NCBI RefSeq assembly: GCF_006345805.1
Contig: NC_043002.1
Span: 55,552,001 to 55,616,000, forward strand
Source: Octopus sinensis
Taxonomy: Eukaryota
Direction: 5' to 3'
DNA: 64,000 nt
Position numbers and translations under genes: made by a program
Part shown: one piece after another, positions 1 to 15,381 of the stretch
Layout of the letters: every line of letters begins with the position of its first letter
How positions within the stretch are numbered: the first letter of the stretch is position 1
The notes under the pieces: generated by a model
Seen by the model: the letters and a program-made list of their open reading frames with translations, nothing else
Told to the model about the DNA's origin: nothing
Databases searched by the model: none

Positions 1-290
1 GACGGATATTAATTGGGAAACAAGAAATCTCTTATGTTACATAATCTGGTCAATCTTAAGGAAACTACATTGGTTAAACCGGAATCTCCTTGGATGAAAG
101 AGTGAACATACACACACGTTATTCCGAGCAAAGGGAAATCCCACTTAGTGAAAATTAACTAATTTGTGATAACAAGTTTATTTTTATCCTGTTTGTCTTT
201 GCTTAAGAGACGATCCAAAATATTTTTTAAAAATTGAGAAGTATTTTCTAAAAATATATTCTCCAAAATTAACTTTGCTTAAAAAAACAA
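1..290 (+). repeat. Unclassified interspersed repeat 'X' (continues beyond window start); other copies 9100-9835 (-), 19790-20525 (+), partial 8815-8925 (-)
   Basis: 1-290 matches 19888-20190 directly and 9440-9732 in reverse complement (e.g. GACGGATATTAATTG..AAACAAGAAATCTCTTATGTTACATAATCTGG; AAGGGAAATCCCACTTAGTGAAAATTAACTAATTTG). No coding motif recognised. Confidence 0.75.
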
Positions 291-299
291 TAATGAACA

Positions 300-715
300 A
301 AAGAAAATATGGACAAATTAATTGATAAGTACACATATATTTCTAGGATGAATTCGCTAAGATGAGCTATAGAAGTCTAAAGAGCGAAATTTGTATGGAA
401 TCGTCGTATCGATAAAGTTGTTTATTTCCTCTTGCTGTCTTGACAACGCGTTGGGAGCAACACCCGAAGTTTACAGAGCAGATATTCTCTGACATGTAAA
501 AATTGTTTGTCTTCAAGAAATATTTGTGAAATGGCACCAAAGATTATCATGTTGTAAAGCCCGACGTGATGGGCTTTGCCCATTCTGAATAGAGTCGCAC
601 TATTTGGCGTAGGGTATACATTTTCAGAAGTAAGGCCGATTCGTTTTCCATTTGTTTTCTTTCTTCTCTCTTTTCTTCTCACTCCTACTAACGATTCGCT
701 GTTAAAAGATATTTC
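300..715. repeat. Unclassified repeat 'Y'; longer copies at about 18310-19080 and 22440-23230
   Basis: The block AATTAATTGATAAGTACACATATATTTCTAGG..GAATTCGCTAAG...GGCACCAAAGATTATCATGTT...GTAAGGCCGATTCGTTTTCCATTTG is shared by three loci. Short broken ORFs on both strands; no family motif recognised. Confidence 0.7.
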
Positions 716-824
716 TATTTTAATGTTGTACTTTTCTCATAGTAAATGCTTTCTCTCCCTCCCTCTTTCTCTCTCTCTCATACCACAGACACAGACACAC
801 CACACACAAACACACACTCACACA

Positions 825-1210
825 TACGGATGGAAGCACTCCGTCAGTTACAACGACGAGGGTTCCGGTTGATCCGATCAACGGAACAGCCTGCTCGTGA
901 AATTAACGTGTAAGTGGCTGAGCATTCCACAGACACGTGTACCCTTAACGTAGTTCTCGGGGATATTCAGCGTGACCCAGAGAGTGACAAGGCCGGCCCT
1001 TTGAAATACAGGTACAACAGAAACAGGAAGTAAGAGTGAGAGAAAGTTGTGGTGAAAGAGTACAGCAGGGATGACCGCCATCCCTGCCGGAGCCTCATGG
1101 AGCTTTAGGTGTTTTCGCTCAATAAACACTCACAACGCCCGGTCTGGGAAGGGAAACCGCGATCCTACGACCGCGAGTCCGCTGCCCTAACCACTGGGCC
1201 ATTGCACCTC
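825..1210 (-). mobile_element. tRNA-derived SINE
   Basis: The minus strand begins GGAGGTGCAATGGCCCAGTGGTTAGGGCAGCGGACTCGCGGTCGTAGG (A-box-like tRNA head). Part of the body (GAAATTAACGTG.AAG.GGCTGAG..TCCACAGACACGTGTAC) recurs inverted at about 10075-10190. Confidence 0.7.
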
Positions 1211-1476
1211 CACTCACACATACACACACACATACACATGCACACACACAAACTTATTAATATAATATATGCTTTTCCTCTTTGTCTTTTACTTACTTCT
1301 TTTATTATTTCGCCATTAGCAGAACAAATCGACCCCAAGACTTATTCTTTGCAAATCAAATACGTTTTCTATCGGACTACTTTGCCGAACCGCTAGTGTA
1401 CGGGGACGAAACCGCACCAGCATCGGGTCTCAAGCAATGCTGGGGGTGGGGCGACACAAACATTCATACATACATA

Positions 1477-3091
1477 CACTGGCGAAAATAAATGCAAGAC
1501 CGATGTTAAAATTTCTATTTCTTACAAAATATTTTGTTACTAACACCATACAAATTATCTTTATCTTTTACACCTTATGCAGAATTTATTTCTCTTTCGA
1601 ATGATGCAGACAATAACTATTTTTATACAACTTGATGAATTATAATGCTAAATTAATATAACCGTTTCAAATTTACCGGCAAAATTAGTTTAAAACCATA
1701 TCATTATAATTTTATTTAAAGCTTAAGATTGTAGCAAAAATGAGCAACAAGAACGAAATACAGATTAGTACTTTGTGCCGTAGCCTTTATTCTTAATAAC
1801 GGCTGAACAACGTCTCGGCATTGAATTCGCTAAGTGAAAACAAAATTGTATGGAAATATTTTGCCAATCGAATAATTGTTTTAGATTAGATGGTTTATTA
1901 GCATAGACATTTGGGAAACATAATTCCACAGGTTGTCGATCGGATTCAGGTCCGGGCTCTGGGGAAGCCATTCGATTACGTCAATATTATGGTGATAAAA
2001 AAATTCCATAACTTGTGGGCTTTGTGCACAGGAATATTGTCCTTCTGATAAATAGCCCCGAAGGCATTTGGTGAGTCAAATATGGCACATCATTATCCTA
2101 TGGTAGATTCCTATAACCTACACTATTTAGCTTTCCATCAACTTTAACTAGAGGGCCAACACCAAAACTACTAAATGCCGCCCTCACCATCACACCCCCA
2201 TCCCCACCCCGCATGCGCCGCTTTTTCACGTATTTGGGATGGAATTCCTCGGTTGGGCATGTCTGACGTATGTTTTACCATCTGATCCAAATATATAGAA
2301 GCGTGACTCGTCACTCCAAAGGAACCTGCACCAATCTACGGCAGTTCATTGAGCATGGCTTTTTGCGAAATTAAGGCGTTTGAGTCGATTTCTTTCGGAT
2401 ATTATTGGCTTTTTCCTAGCGATTCATCCATGTAGTCCAATTTCTCTCAAAAGGTTGCGGACGGTTTGGTAGTGCAAAAATAACACAATTCTCGATGGAC
2501 AATTGTTTACAACTATCAACGGCTGTCGGTTGCCTTCCGGAAGTCGGTGGATTCGACGTTCCAACTGTGCCGTTGTTTTTTTGGGGGCACCAGTCTTTGA
2601 CGATCTTTATATTGACCAGTCACCGAGTATAACTTCCACGCTTGAACGCAAGCCGTTTTACTGCACTTTAGTTGCTTGCTGGTGTTCGAAAAGGAAACTT
2701 TTTGCTGGTGAAGTACTAGGATTTTTGCTCTCGTGACTGGACTGAGGTGACGTTGTTTCCCCCCTTATTAATCAATTGTATAATAACGTTAAATTATAAC
2801 ACTATATCGTCCAGTTGGGCTAGTTGTGTGACCACCCATTTTGGCAAAAAACTTTGCATACATATTACGTGGTCTTAAACTAATTTTGCCGGTAAATTTG
2901 AAATGATTCTATGAATTTAGCATTAGAATTCTTCAAGTTGTATAAAAATAGTTATTGCCTGCATCATTCGAAGGAGAAATACATTCTGCATAAGGTGTAA
3001 CAGATGAAAATGATTTGTATGGTGTTAGTAACAAAATATTTTGTAAGAAATAGAACTTTTATCATCGGTCTTAAATTAATTTTCGCCATTG
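1477..3091 (-). mobile_element. Full-length defective Tc1-like DNA transposon with about 220-bp terminal inverted repeats and TA target duplication
   Basis: Left end TA|CACTGGCGAAAATAAATGCAAGACCGATG; right end reverse-complements to CAATGGCGAAAATTAATTTAAGACCGATG|TA. The minus strand gives an HTH-like N-terminus, GPLVKVDGKLNSVGY, WLPQSPDLNPIDNLW and SMPRRCSAVIKNKGYGTKY*, with frameshifts and stops. Confidence 0.9.
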
Positions 3092-3107
3092 TACATACAT
3101 CTCTGTT

Positions 3108-3135
3108 TGTCTCTCTCTCTTTCTCTCTCTCTCTT

Positions 3136-3168
<33 letters not shown>

Positions 3169-3208
3169 TTCTCTCTCTCCTTCTCTCTCACTCTTTGTAT
3201 ATCTATTA

Positions 3209-3267
<59 letters not shown>

Positions 3268-3416
3268 CGACGTGTTTCTTTCAATTTCCATCTACCAAAT
3301 CCACTCACACGGGAGCCACACAGTGGGACGGAACCTGCAAGCGTGTAGATCGAAAGAAATCTTCTTACTACAGCCAGGCCAGAGCCTATATATACATACA
3401 TACATACATACATACA

Positions 3417-3495
<79 letters not shown>

Positions 3496-3515
3496 TGTGT
3501 GTGTTTTGTGTGTGT
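3108..3515. repeat. Compound microsatellite block (CT)n/(AT)n/(CATA)n/(GT)n, representative of dozens in the window
   Basis: Directly visible; it is the source of the low-complexity ORFs 2964-3517. Confidence 0.95.
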
Positions 3516-5286
3516 AGCTAGGTTAGAAACTTGTTCTTTCTATATTGGCAAGAAATCTTGAAATAGACTGAATAATAATATACATAGATACGAGTAAAGC
3601 TGTGCGTCTCTGACATGGCTGCACTCAGTGAAACACCACAGCAAGAAATGAGAACGAGACACGCAGCTCTCGTATTTCTGATCGCATCAAGACTATAATG
3701 TCACGGCTTGATTGGAACGCTATGTTTCACAGGCACTACGCTCTAACCATGGCCACCTCTGAGCAGAAAAAGGATGACTTTTCCTACTAACTTTCTGATG
3801 TCTTGAAGGAGACATTTTCTTATAGAAAATATGAGATTCTCCTAAAAGATTATTCAATAACAGTGATCATTATTGATCCAATATTGACAAAAATATTGTG
3901 GTATTTCGATGAGCTTCGATGAGGAATGCACGAGTCCCGGATATTTTCTCCTGCTGCATTTTCTCTAGTGAGGGCCGTAGGACATAATCTCGTCATAACA
4001 TTGGAAGAACGAAAAAGAGAAGAAGGTGTTTCTAGGTTTGTATCATCTTCGTATTTTCCTCTCAGTTGTTTTTATTCAAAAGAGGAACGATTCCCTCTGG
4101 CCCAGGTTCGATACAAGAATTGAAAGTTTCCAACTTTGGCTATGGGCCAGCAATTTCGGGGTGTTTAATGGATTTCGACGACCCCATTACGTAAATGGTA
4201 CTTATTTTATGAAGACGGGAAGAAAAAAATGTCCTACTGGTGAGATACATTGTAATATAATGTATATAAGATATATAATAAAGATAAAGAAATGACTGTA
4301 ATATGAAATATAAAAAGAAATTATTCATAAAATAAATCACATCTATTGATATCAAGAAATAATGGAACAAGTAGTAAATATAATATGGATGTCTGTAACG
4401 AAGTTGTAATCCACTCATTGAACAAAATCAAAAACACAAACAACAGAATATAAAATAAAATATTAACACTTTAATGTTTCCATACAAAAATATAATTCTC
4501 ATTTATATAATAAATAATAGAAATGATGTCGGCGTATATGTGTGTGTGTGTGTGAGTATGCAGGGAAGTCTTGCTAGTATAATGCATAGGAATATGGTGT
4601 ATATATTATAACGAAGATTAAAAATATAGGAAATGGAATCGGAAAATAAAAAAATTAAAAATGAATTAAATAACGTAGCTATAGTTATGTATATCTGAAT
4701 ATATATATAGATAAATATAGGTATGTATATATGAAAAATATATATAGATTGATCCGTCACAGCCCCATTGGTTAATCCCAACAACATCGATGTAACACGA
4801 TATTAAATAGAAATATTGATTTCATAAAGGAGAAATATATATTGTTTACGATTATAAACGTGATAAGAAAATATAAGATAAAAATTAATGGAAATATTGG
4901 TACTTAACGATTAATATAATCGTCGATATGATTATTAAGTGGTGAAGCTAAAACACTTCTACATAATTGAAACGATACACTTGTATCTGATTTTTCTCTA
5001 ACTGAGATTGGTTACAGAAGTATTATAACAGGAATCAATTACATAAAGGATTCTAGAGTATTTTGAATGTGGTTTATATTTTCATGAAGTGTATGGAGTG
5101 TAATTATGGTAAACCATCGCTGCTTGGTTATTGGCACATCGTCCGGTAGCAAAAGACTGTCATCCACTTCGACATTTTGTTTGATGTTTGAAAATATCTG
5201 AAATATATGAAAAGAACATTGTAAAGTAGGGATAAGCATTAATTGATATTAATACACAGACACACACGAAGACTCACTCACACACA

Positions 5287-5324
<38 letters not shown>

Positions 5325-7434
5325 GAAACCGAATATATTTATCCATAGGAAGCCCTACTTGGAGGAGTTCTAGACATGGTCAATGTAGCTTTTTCCCCCT
5401 ACATTCAATACTATACAGATATTTATACGAGCATATTATATATCACATTTACCAATACTAACAATATACAAACACATCTAATATATGAATTTACTACTAA
5501 TAATAATATAGACATAAATGCAAAAACACGTATATATTACGGATAACATTTTGATAGAGTAAGTTCAAAATTATTCTAATTGTAGTAATTCTTTCAAATA
5601 ATTAGACATTCTATGCATTGTTGTCTACATTATAAAAATGAGGAAAGTGTGCAGAACGTAAGCTGTTTATCGTCTGCACGAAGTATTTTACGACAGAAAT
5701 CTTAGAAACCCTGAAGAGATGTAATTTGTAATTTTTTGGTAGTCATGAAATACAAGAATACTTTGAAAGAATGCTTCGAAATGAGTATATATATAATTTC
5801 TCTAAATCAACTGACCATATCTTCCCGGATCTATTCTATGAGATATATATTTAATATATTCCGATAAACATGAGGATATTTTGGTGCTGTTTTATTGAAC
5901 AAGGCATTTATCTACATTCATTTTTTGTGAGGAAATGAAAGAGAAATCGCGTGAATCTTCATCTAGGAAAATATATTACGATAATAATACTTACCGGTGA
6001 ATCCAGAAAAAGTATCGTATCAACCAGGTAAGAAAGTGTTTGTTTTAAGTAACAATAAAATATGGCATCAGATGTGGGAGTGAGTTTAGAACAGGCAGCG
6101 GGATAATAACATTTTGTCTGTATACGTTTGGCAGGAGCACACAGCTGGTCATATTCTTTTTCCGTCTGGTCTTTCAACACAGTAACATATTGACTGAGGG
6201 TTGCAGACATATTGGATAGAGCAATCTGTAATAAGAATTGTGAGAAGCTTGAATTTTATTCGACACTGATTGAGATTTCTTATAAAATATAGAATCGAGT
6301 TTAGATATAAAGTGTATAAATATTTCAAGAAAATATGTTTGATAATATGTCCATACCTTGACAAATCTGTCTGCGCGATGGTGATATTGTCTTGAATGTA
6401 GAGCTGAGGGAATGTAAGTTCCGTCTGGTTGAGTAGCATATGAATAAAGTGAGGACAGGATACCGCAGAAGCCATTGGAGTGTTGTGGCACTGTAGAAAA
6501 ACACGTGACATATTATGAGTCTGAGATTTGGACAGATAGGATTAGAAAACAACGGAGTAGAAGTCCGTTTACACTGAATAGTTATAAATATTGATCTTTA
6601 TGAGAACTTATTATTATTAGTGGGGTAGTAATTTAAGTAATAATTATTGGAGTGTATAAGAGAGTTTTAATAATGATGATGATGATGATGATGATATGAT
6701 GATGATGATGATGATGATATGATGATGATACAATATCAAGAATAACAATAATAATAAAAATAATATATGAAGAAATAAATGTAAACTTACAAAAGAATGC
6801 AAAGTAGTGTTCACGGCTATTGAGGCCCTGCGAGTCACGTCCAGCTGAGCTTTTATGTTATTTATTGGTATCGCTGTAGGTTTTATCGATGCTCCATGGA
6901 TGAATGAAGTCCAAACTGAGATACATAGGACCAATATATATTGCCAGTCTACGGGAAAATAGAAAAAAAATACCATTAAGGAACATTTGGAAGGAAAGGA
7001 GACATTGAAGAAATTGTTATTATTAAAAAGAAATAACTCGATAAGTCGCTGTTAGTTTTTCACGTGTAGTAAACAATGAGCTGAACATTTTGGAACTCAA
7101 TAAACGATATTCACAAATATTTAACATAGTTCCACTAAATATAAACCATACTTTCTTGTGTAGTGTGTTAAAGGGAAGTGAATAGATACTTGGCTGAGTG
7201 GAAGAAGGCCACGTTTTAAGTGTTTTGTTGTGTTTTGTTCTACCATAGGAATTGAGTGTGATAATTAAATAATAGAAATAAAAACAATGCACTGCACTGT
7301 GATGCTTGTATTCAACAGTAATAAAAATAGAAATATTCACTTTAGGGAAAGATGCGATATTTGATATATCACAGGAAAGACGGGGCTATTTAAAACCACT
7401 TATATAGATAGAAAGATAGATAGATAGATAGATA

Positions 7435-7640
7435 AGTTTCTTTATTGGCCACACGGGGCTGCACACAGATGGGATAAGTTACAAGGTAGAGTTTTTGGGG
7501 GATGAAGAAAACAAAAAACAAAAGAAAAAACTGGGGGTGACATAGGTTTTCGATCAAGAGGGATCGTAAAAGGGAAGAAAAGAAAAAAATAAATAAATAA
7601 ATAAGATAAAAAATTAAAAGAATAAAAAGAAAAAAAAGAT
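7435..7640 (-). mobile_element. Short 3'-end fragment of Tx1/L1-like retrotransposon inside the (GATA)n of copy A intron 1
   Basis: Near-identical to the 3' ends at 38621 and 40371 (minus strand ...GTGTGGCCAATAAAGAAACT then (TATC)n). Confidence 0.75.
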
Positions 7641-7687
7641 AGATAGAGAGTGAGAGAGAGCGAGAGAGATAAATGGATGAATTGGAT

Positions 7688-7879
<192 letters not shown>

Positions 7880-8001
7880 CATACTTACAGTTATTCATTT
7901 TGTGTGAATTTTCGTTATGAAAAAGGTTTTGAGAGAACGTCATGTTGTAGTTCCTTTGCTTGTTACAATTTATTGTGTTTAAGTGACGATGGAATATCGG
8001 C

Positions 8002-8041
8002 TTATATAGTGGTTTTTGAAGTGATAGGTTTGGAAAATCCC
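8002..8041 (-). promoter_or_regulatory. Copy A core promoter: kappaB-type GGGATTTTCC (8032-8041) and TATATAA (8002-8008)
   Basis: The minus strand reads GGGATTTTCC, then TATATAA about 23 nt downstream and about 104 nt upstream of the ATG at 7898. The same arrangement is present in B and D. Confidence 0.55.
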
Positions 8042-8472
8042 ATTCTATGTGATGGCCTTCATGAAGCTGGAAGATATCATCTTCCTTTATCTACCGTTTA
8101 AATTTAGTTTACGAAAATTGCTCGCTTTCATTTATCGCGGAAGTTGAAGCTTGTGTTAATATTTTACTTTCAGTGTGACAGAGATTTAGGTTTACGCGAA
8201 GAGGAATGCTTTTATGAATGAACTATTTTTATCACAGTATATAGGTCACAGTCCAATTGCTAGTAGGTTACTTTCGCTTAACGGGAGGTAATCGAGCGGG
8301 GAATAGTTATTTACAGTTTCATGTTACAAATCGTTGGTACTATCGCCGTCGCCAACGTCGTCGTCGTCATTATCATTGTCATCATCATGTGTATCAGCTC
8401 CATCATCTTCACCACCAGCACATACATATATACATTCATACATATATAAATACATGCATGCATAGGAACACA

Positions 8473-8503
<31 letters not shown>

Positions 8504-8507
8504 CACG

Positions 8508-8573
<66 letters not shown>

Positions 8574-10781
8574 AATGTAAGATCCAGGGATGGAGATTTA
8601 GTAAGACAGCTTCATGCAATTCTACGGTAGGCGACAAGGTTTTGCGAATTTGCAAAAAGAATGCAGAATGGAGAAGGAAAATCCGGGATACATGTGTTTC
8701 ATGGCGAGTGAAACTTCAGAAGTGGTAAAATCCAAGTGAGGTGTATACTGCCACCTAATCATCATGCCAAGGATATCTTCATTAGATTAAAGGTTATAAT
8801 TGTCGTGGATTGTCTCTTAAGCAAAGACAAACAGGAAAAAAAATTAAACTTCTTAACGCAAATTAGTTAATTTCACAAAGTAGGATTTCCCTTTGCTCGG
8901 GAAAATGTGTGTGTATGTGGCCCCGTTCATGCTCTCATGCAATACCTAACAAAGGTGAAATTCATTTGAAAACACATCTGGAATTGTTTCTCCAAATGCT
9001 TGTGGAGATAGCTGATATGAAATACGAAGGAGAGAAAATAACAACCACATACAAACAGGCCCCGTGATAAAATGAAAAAGAAGCGATTCTTTAAGATATA
9101 CATGGCGTTTATGTGCAGGCGTGTACATGGATCAGTGATATATAAATACATACATACACACACAAACACACATACACACACATATACACACACAATTTCC
9201 ATACTAATATATGTAGAATTAATAAACGAGTAGCAAAACTAGAAACAATTCATTGAGAGATAGAAGTGAAAATGTCAAAATTCCGTTTCACCTAATTTTC
9301 AATTAAAAAATAAGAAAAAGAGAAAGTAATATAAAAATATGTATGTGAGGCGGAATTTTTCATTTTAGGGTCGTTTTCATCTCTTCTAAAGAAGTATTTC
9401 GAGACGGAGGTAAAAAAAAACTATTGTCTTTTGTTCAGTATTGTCTTTTAAAGCAAAGTTAATTTTGGAGAATTTATTTTTAAAAAATACTTCTCAATTT
9501 TTAAAAAATATTTTGGATTGTCTGTTAAGCAAAGATAAACAGGACAAAAATAAACTTGTCATCGCAAATTAGTTAATTTTCACTAAGTGGGATTTCCCTT
9601 TGGTCGGGATAAAGTGTGTGTATGTTCTCTCTATCACTCAAGGAGATTCCGGTTTAACCAATATAGTTTTCCTTACGACTAGGCCAGATTATGTAACATA
9701 AGAGATTTCTTGTTTCGCAATTAATATCCGTCTTTATTCCTCGGATATTTCTAAATGGTTGTAAATTTGCCTAATTCGTATTCCGCATCAGCTATCTCCA
9801 CAAGTTTTTACAGAAAATTCAGGGTTGGGGTGGGTAAGTGAATCCATCCTTGCTAGATATTTCATGAGGGTGTTTGATTAATGCATGGTGTTGATGGTTG
9901 GGCTTTTGAAGACCAAGTCCTTTACGTTTGTGCTTCGAAGAAAGGATTGAGAGAGTCACATTGGTGTATGTCACTATGTTTGCCATTCCTGAGTCATAAC
10001 TGTTGAGTTGTACCTGCATTTCAGAAGGGGTCAGCCTTATCACATTCTTTGTCATATTGAACTTCTTTCGTTAAGTGTATTACATTAAGTGTACACGTGT
10101 CTGTGGAGTACTCAGCCGCTTGCACGTTAATTTCATGAAAACTCTGTTCGATTGATTGTATCATCTGGAACACACATCGTAATAACCGACGGAGAATCAG
10201 GTCGCTTGCAACAAGGATTTCTATTCTAGTCGAAGATTTCTGTTCTTGCCATATTCTTATATTGATACTGTTTCTTCTGTTTCGTACCCCCTTCCTCCTC
10301 TTCTTTCTCCTCCCCCTTCCTCGGCTTCTAAGCACATTTCTCCATTTGTGACTGTCGGTATTGCTGGTTGTAAATTATTTTCAATAGTTTCTGTATTCGT
10401 TTTTTGGGATATTAGACACTTGATTTCTGAATGTATCTGAGTTGTGCTTCAGGGAATTATACGATGTTTGAGTGATTGGTTTCTTTATTTCGTTCTGGCG
10501 GTGGTGATGGTGGTGATGGTGAGGGTGGTGGTGGTGGTGGTGGTAGTGGTGGTGGTAATCGTCGTCGTCGTGAAGATGATGGAGCTGATACACATGATGA
10601 TGATAATGATAATGACGACGACGACGTTGGCGACGGCGATAGTAACAACGATTTGTAACATGAAAGTGTAACTCACTATTTCCCGCTCGGTTACTTCCCG
10701 TTAAGCGAAAGTAACCTACTAGCAATTGGACTGTGACCTATATACTGTGATAAAAATAGTTCATTCATAAAAGCTTTCCTC

Positions 10782-10790
10782 TTCCCGTAA
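10782..10790 (+). promoter_or_regulatory. STAT (GAS/SIE-like) site TTCCCGTAA upstream of copy B
   Basis: TTCCCGTAA about 270 nt upstream of the B ATG. Same site at 42523-42531 (-) for C; TTCGCGTAA at 8192-8200 (-) for A. Confidence 0.4.
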
Positions 10791-10940
10791 ACCTAAATCT
10801 CTGTCACACTGAAAGTAAAATATTAGCACAAGCTTCAACTTCCGCGATAAATGAAAGCGAGCAATTTTCGTAAACTAAATTTAAATAATAGATAAAGGAA
10901 GATGATATCTTCCAGCTTCATGAAGGCCATCACATAGAAC

Positions 10941-10980
10941 TGGATTTTCCAAACCTATCACTGCTGAAACAACTATATAT
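10941..10980 (+). promoter_or_regulatory. Copy B core promoter: TGGATTTTCC and TATATAT
   Basis: Positionally homologous to the copy A kappaB/TATA pair. Confidence 0.45.
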
Positions 10981-11060
10981 GCACAATAATTCGTAACAAG
11001 CAAAGGAACTTCAACTTGACGTTCTCTTAAAACGTTTTTCATTACGAAAAATCAAACAAA

Positions 11061-14253
<3,193 letters not shown>

Positions 14254-14740
14254 TTAATTCCCGTTATAATACTTCTGGAACCAATCTCAGTTAGAGAAAA
14301 ATCAGATACAAGTGTATCGTTTCAATTATGTAGAAGTGTTTTAGCTTCACCACTTAATAATCATATCGACGATTATATTAATCGTTAAATACCAATATTT
14401 CCATTAATTTTTATCTTATATTTTCTTATCACGTTTATAATCGTAAACAATGTATATATTTCTCCTTTATGAAATCAATATTTCTATTTAATATCGTGTT
14501 ACATCGCTGTTATTGGTATTACACCAATGGGACTATGACGGATCAATCTATATATATTTTTCATATATACATACCTATATTTATCTATATATATATATTC
14601 ATATATACATAACTATAGCTACGTTATTTAATTCATTTTTAATTTTTTTATTTTCCGATTCCATTTCCTATATTTTTAATCTTCGTTATAATATATACAT
14701 TATATTCCTATGCATTATATTAGCAAGACTTCCCTGCATA

Positions 14741-14781
<41 letters not shown>

Positions 14782-14833
14782 GCCAACATCATTTCTATTA
14801 TTTATTATATAAATGGGAATTTTCTATGGAAAC

Positions 14834-14839
14834 ATTAAA
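14834..14839 (+). other. Candidate polyadenylation signal of copy B (ATTAAA); AATAAA at the homologous position in D (52933-52938)
   Basis: Context ATGGAAACATTAAAG is shared by A, B and C; D has ATGGAAACAATAAAT. About 580 nt after the B stop. Confidence 0.35.
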
Positions 14840-14988
14840 GAGTTAATATTTTATTTTATATTCTGTTGTTTGAGTTTTTGATTTTGTTCAATGAGTGGAT
14901 TGCAACTTCGTTACAGACATCCATATCTTATTTATTATTTGTTCCATTATTTCTTGATATGAAAAGATGTGATTTATTATGTAAATAA

Positions 14989-15381
14989 CTAGCAGTATCG
15001 CCCGCCGTTCCTCGGGTTTGTAAGGGAAATAACTATATAAGCATTTTTAGGGATACAAAGTATAATAGCCATATCAATATGGCTAACCACAAAGGGGGTG
15101 TTACTGTAGCTTTTTACGTTCTGAGATTTATTAATACATTTTTAGAGAGTTACTTCCCTTATATAATAGCCAAAAAATTCATTAAAAATGGTAAAAAGTG
15201 ATGGTAATTGTTTTTTAAATCGTAGACTCATCGTAGACGCGCGCTAATAACCAGAATGGCTTGATACGAATCACGACTATAAGATACCCGCTTTTGGTTA
15301 CACTGCATCGCAAAATGTGGGAGTAGTTGAGAATCTAAATCGTAGGAGACAGACACACAACTTCACTTTTATATATAAAGA
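14989..15381 (-). mobile_element. Non-autonomous Helitron (393 bp)
   Basis: Minus strand 5'-TC...CTAG-3' with a CCCG..CGGG hairpin (15001-15016) just inside the CTAG end. Inserted between A and T. The homologous flank of copy A (about 4310-4345) is an empty site. Second copy at 55427-55817. Confidence 0.8.

Noticed and set aside
1160-1210. tRNA gene (also about 44335-44380 and 57700-57770)
   Set aside because: These are SINE heads continuing into SINE bodies; no complete cloverleaf.
2964-3517. Numerous poly-YI, CV, HT, LSIY and poly-I/L ORFs across the window
   Set aside because: Microsatellites without stop codons; no coding signal.
9819-10335. ORFs 9819-10055 and 10021-10335 in the A-B spacer
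   Set aside because: They overlap a SINE fragment (about 10075-10190) and a purine/pyrimidine tract, have no recognisable motif and no convincing splice structure.
10381-10725. His-rich, Gly/Asp-rich and Pro-rich ORFs (also 8257-8655)
   Set aside because: These are translations of GGT/GAT/GAC trinucleotide tracts, open in several frames on both strands, and the tract length differs between the mirrored copies.
14254-14840. AU-rich (ATTTA) instability elements in the 3'UTR
   Set aside because: Only scattered single pentamers, as expected by chance at this AT content; no clustered repeats.
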